A DNA stretch of 60,319 nt, counting the filler. It is 3 parts of 3 records of this genome, joined end to end, with 100 filler letters (N's around TTAATTAATTAA, not from the genome) between each part and the next. Parts side by side here need not be neighbours in the genome. Positions count along the whole stretch, not along the records: positions 47,513 to 60,319 come from SRR22947727_33; 2 more parts are not named here. One strand, 5' to 3'. Made by a program: the position numbers and the translations under genes. The notes under the pieces were generated by a model. It was not told the origin of the DNA and ran no database searches. It was given only the letters and a program-made list of their open reading frames with translations. Positions 59,401 to 60,319 of this stretch are shown one piece after another (position 1 is the stretch's first letter; every line of letters begins with the position of its first letter).

Positions 59401-60319
59401 CTAATCTCCTTTATACTTAATTAGTGCATAAAAAGTCTTAAATATAATGTATAAATCTAACCATATAGTCCAATTATTCAAATACCATAAATCAAATTCC
59501 ATACGCCTTTTCATAATTTCTGGTTTTGGTGTTGCTCCTCTTAATCCATTAACTTGTGCCCAACCCGTCAAACCTGGATTGCATTTGTGTCTTTTTAAAA
59601 AGTTAAAAAATAAATTTGAATAATGAATATCATGCTCAACCATATGTGGCCTAGGGCCTACTATTGACATATCGCCTTTTAAGACATTAAAAAATTGAGG
59701 CAATTCATCTATACTAAATCTTCTAATCATTTTACCAATTTTCAATAATCTCTGATCATCTTTTGTTACTTGTTTTGTTTTATCAAAACTTGTTTTTCTT
59801 AAAGATCTTAATTTATAAATTTTAAATCTTCTGCCATCCCAACCAGTTCTGTTTTGTGTAAACATTATAGGAAAACCATCTTCTAAATATATGGCAATAC
59901 TAAATATCAGTAAAATTGGAGCAGATATAATCAAAAATATGATAGATAAAATTTTATCAAGTAATATTTTAATAAACAAACTAATACCATAAAACCTCGA
60001 ATACTCAAAAAATTCATATTTGTATTTATTCCCTAAAAGTTGATCACCTTTAAGATTTATATTATCTTCTAAATGAATACTAAGTGTGTCAACAGAAAAT
60101 TGAATAATTTTATTAAAAGCTTTGTCTTTTTTTTTATCTTTTGCATTTAAAATCCAAATTTGACCCAATGAATGATACTCTAAAATAGATCTAATATCTT
60201 CATCTTCATTAAAAATAGGAAATTTAAATTCACTTCTAAAGTATTTAATATTATGATTTTTAAAATCTGTAATTAAGCAACATTTAAATACAAAAATTTT
60301 ATCAAATTTTTCTCTTAAT
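59401..60319 (-). CDS. Second WcaJ-like priming sugar-1-phosphate transferase (5' part outside window)
   Basis: Same motifs as 42571-43986. The frame stays open to the window edge (LREKFDKIFVFKCCLITD...DIRSILEYHSLGQIW), aligning with the first copy, so the track's start at 60168 is internal. Confidence 0.93.
   Translation of the reverse strand, partial: LREKFDKIFVFKCCLITDFKNHNIKYFRSEFKFPIFNEDEDIRSILEYHSLGQIWILNAKDKKKDKAFNKIIQFSVDTLSIHLEDNINLKGDQLLGNKYKYEFFEYSRFYGISLFIKILLDKILSIIFLIISAPILLIFSIAIYLEDGFPIMFTQNRTGWDGRRFKIYKLRSLRKTSFDKTKQVTKDDQRLLKIGKMIRRFSIDELPQFFNVLKGDMSIVGPRPHMVEHDIHYSNLFFNFLKRHKCNPGLTGWAQVNGLRGATPKPEIMKRRMEFDLWYLNNWTIWLDLYIIFKTFYALIKYKGD

Noticed and set aside
59401-60168. 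Second WcaJ appearing as a short 255-aa protein
   Set aside because: The frame is open to the window edge and aligns with the full-length copy; the listed TTG is internal.
1-60319. CRISPR arrays, tRNA/rRNA genes, riboswitches, IS elements, prophage or defence genes
   Set aside because: None recognised. Spacers are mostly too short, and no repeat-spacer pattern, transposase, integrase or nuclease motif was seen. The methyltransferases lack DNA-MTase motifs such as DPPY/NPPY. A covariance-model search would be needed to exclude small RNAs.

Overview
Very AT-rich, gene-dense DNA with minimal spacers. Gene content and synteny fit a streamlined marine alphaproteobacterium, most likely Pelagibacterales/SAR11 (inference). 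The window is three contigs joined by artificial 100-nt linkers (N44-TTAATTAATTAA-N44 at 23312-23411 and 47413-47512), so adjacency across linkers means nothing. Contig 1 (1-23311) is core genome: cobS, J-domain gene, bolA, aroB, aroK, def-fmt-truA, a 12-gene minus-strand run (rpmH-rnpA-yidD-yidC-argB-HAD-dapD-dapE-SET-rfbF-rfbG-GT2), and dcd-murA-DUF2948-hisD-infA. It also holds three small genes missing from the ORF track. Contigs 2 (23412-47412) and 3 (47513-60319) are two parallel Wzx/Wzy-type surface polysaccharide loci. Each has its own WcaJ-like priming transferase, flippase, polymerase-like protein, homologous GT4 enzymes, methyltransferases and a 2OG-Fe(II) oxygenase. Each also carries the same uncharacterised gene starting MIKIFSIKEI.DASEK.L; the complete copy is a long soluble coiled coil with a 21-residue repeat. 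That protein is the best candidate here for an undescribed component of a glycan export system. No rRNA, tRNA, CRISPR array or mobile element was recognised.
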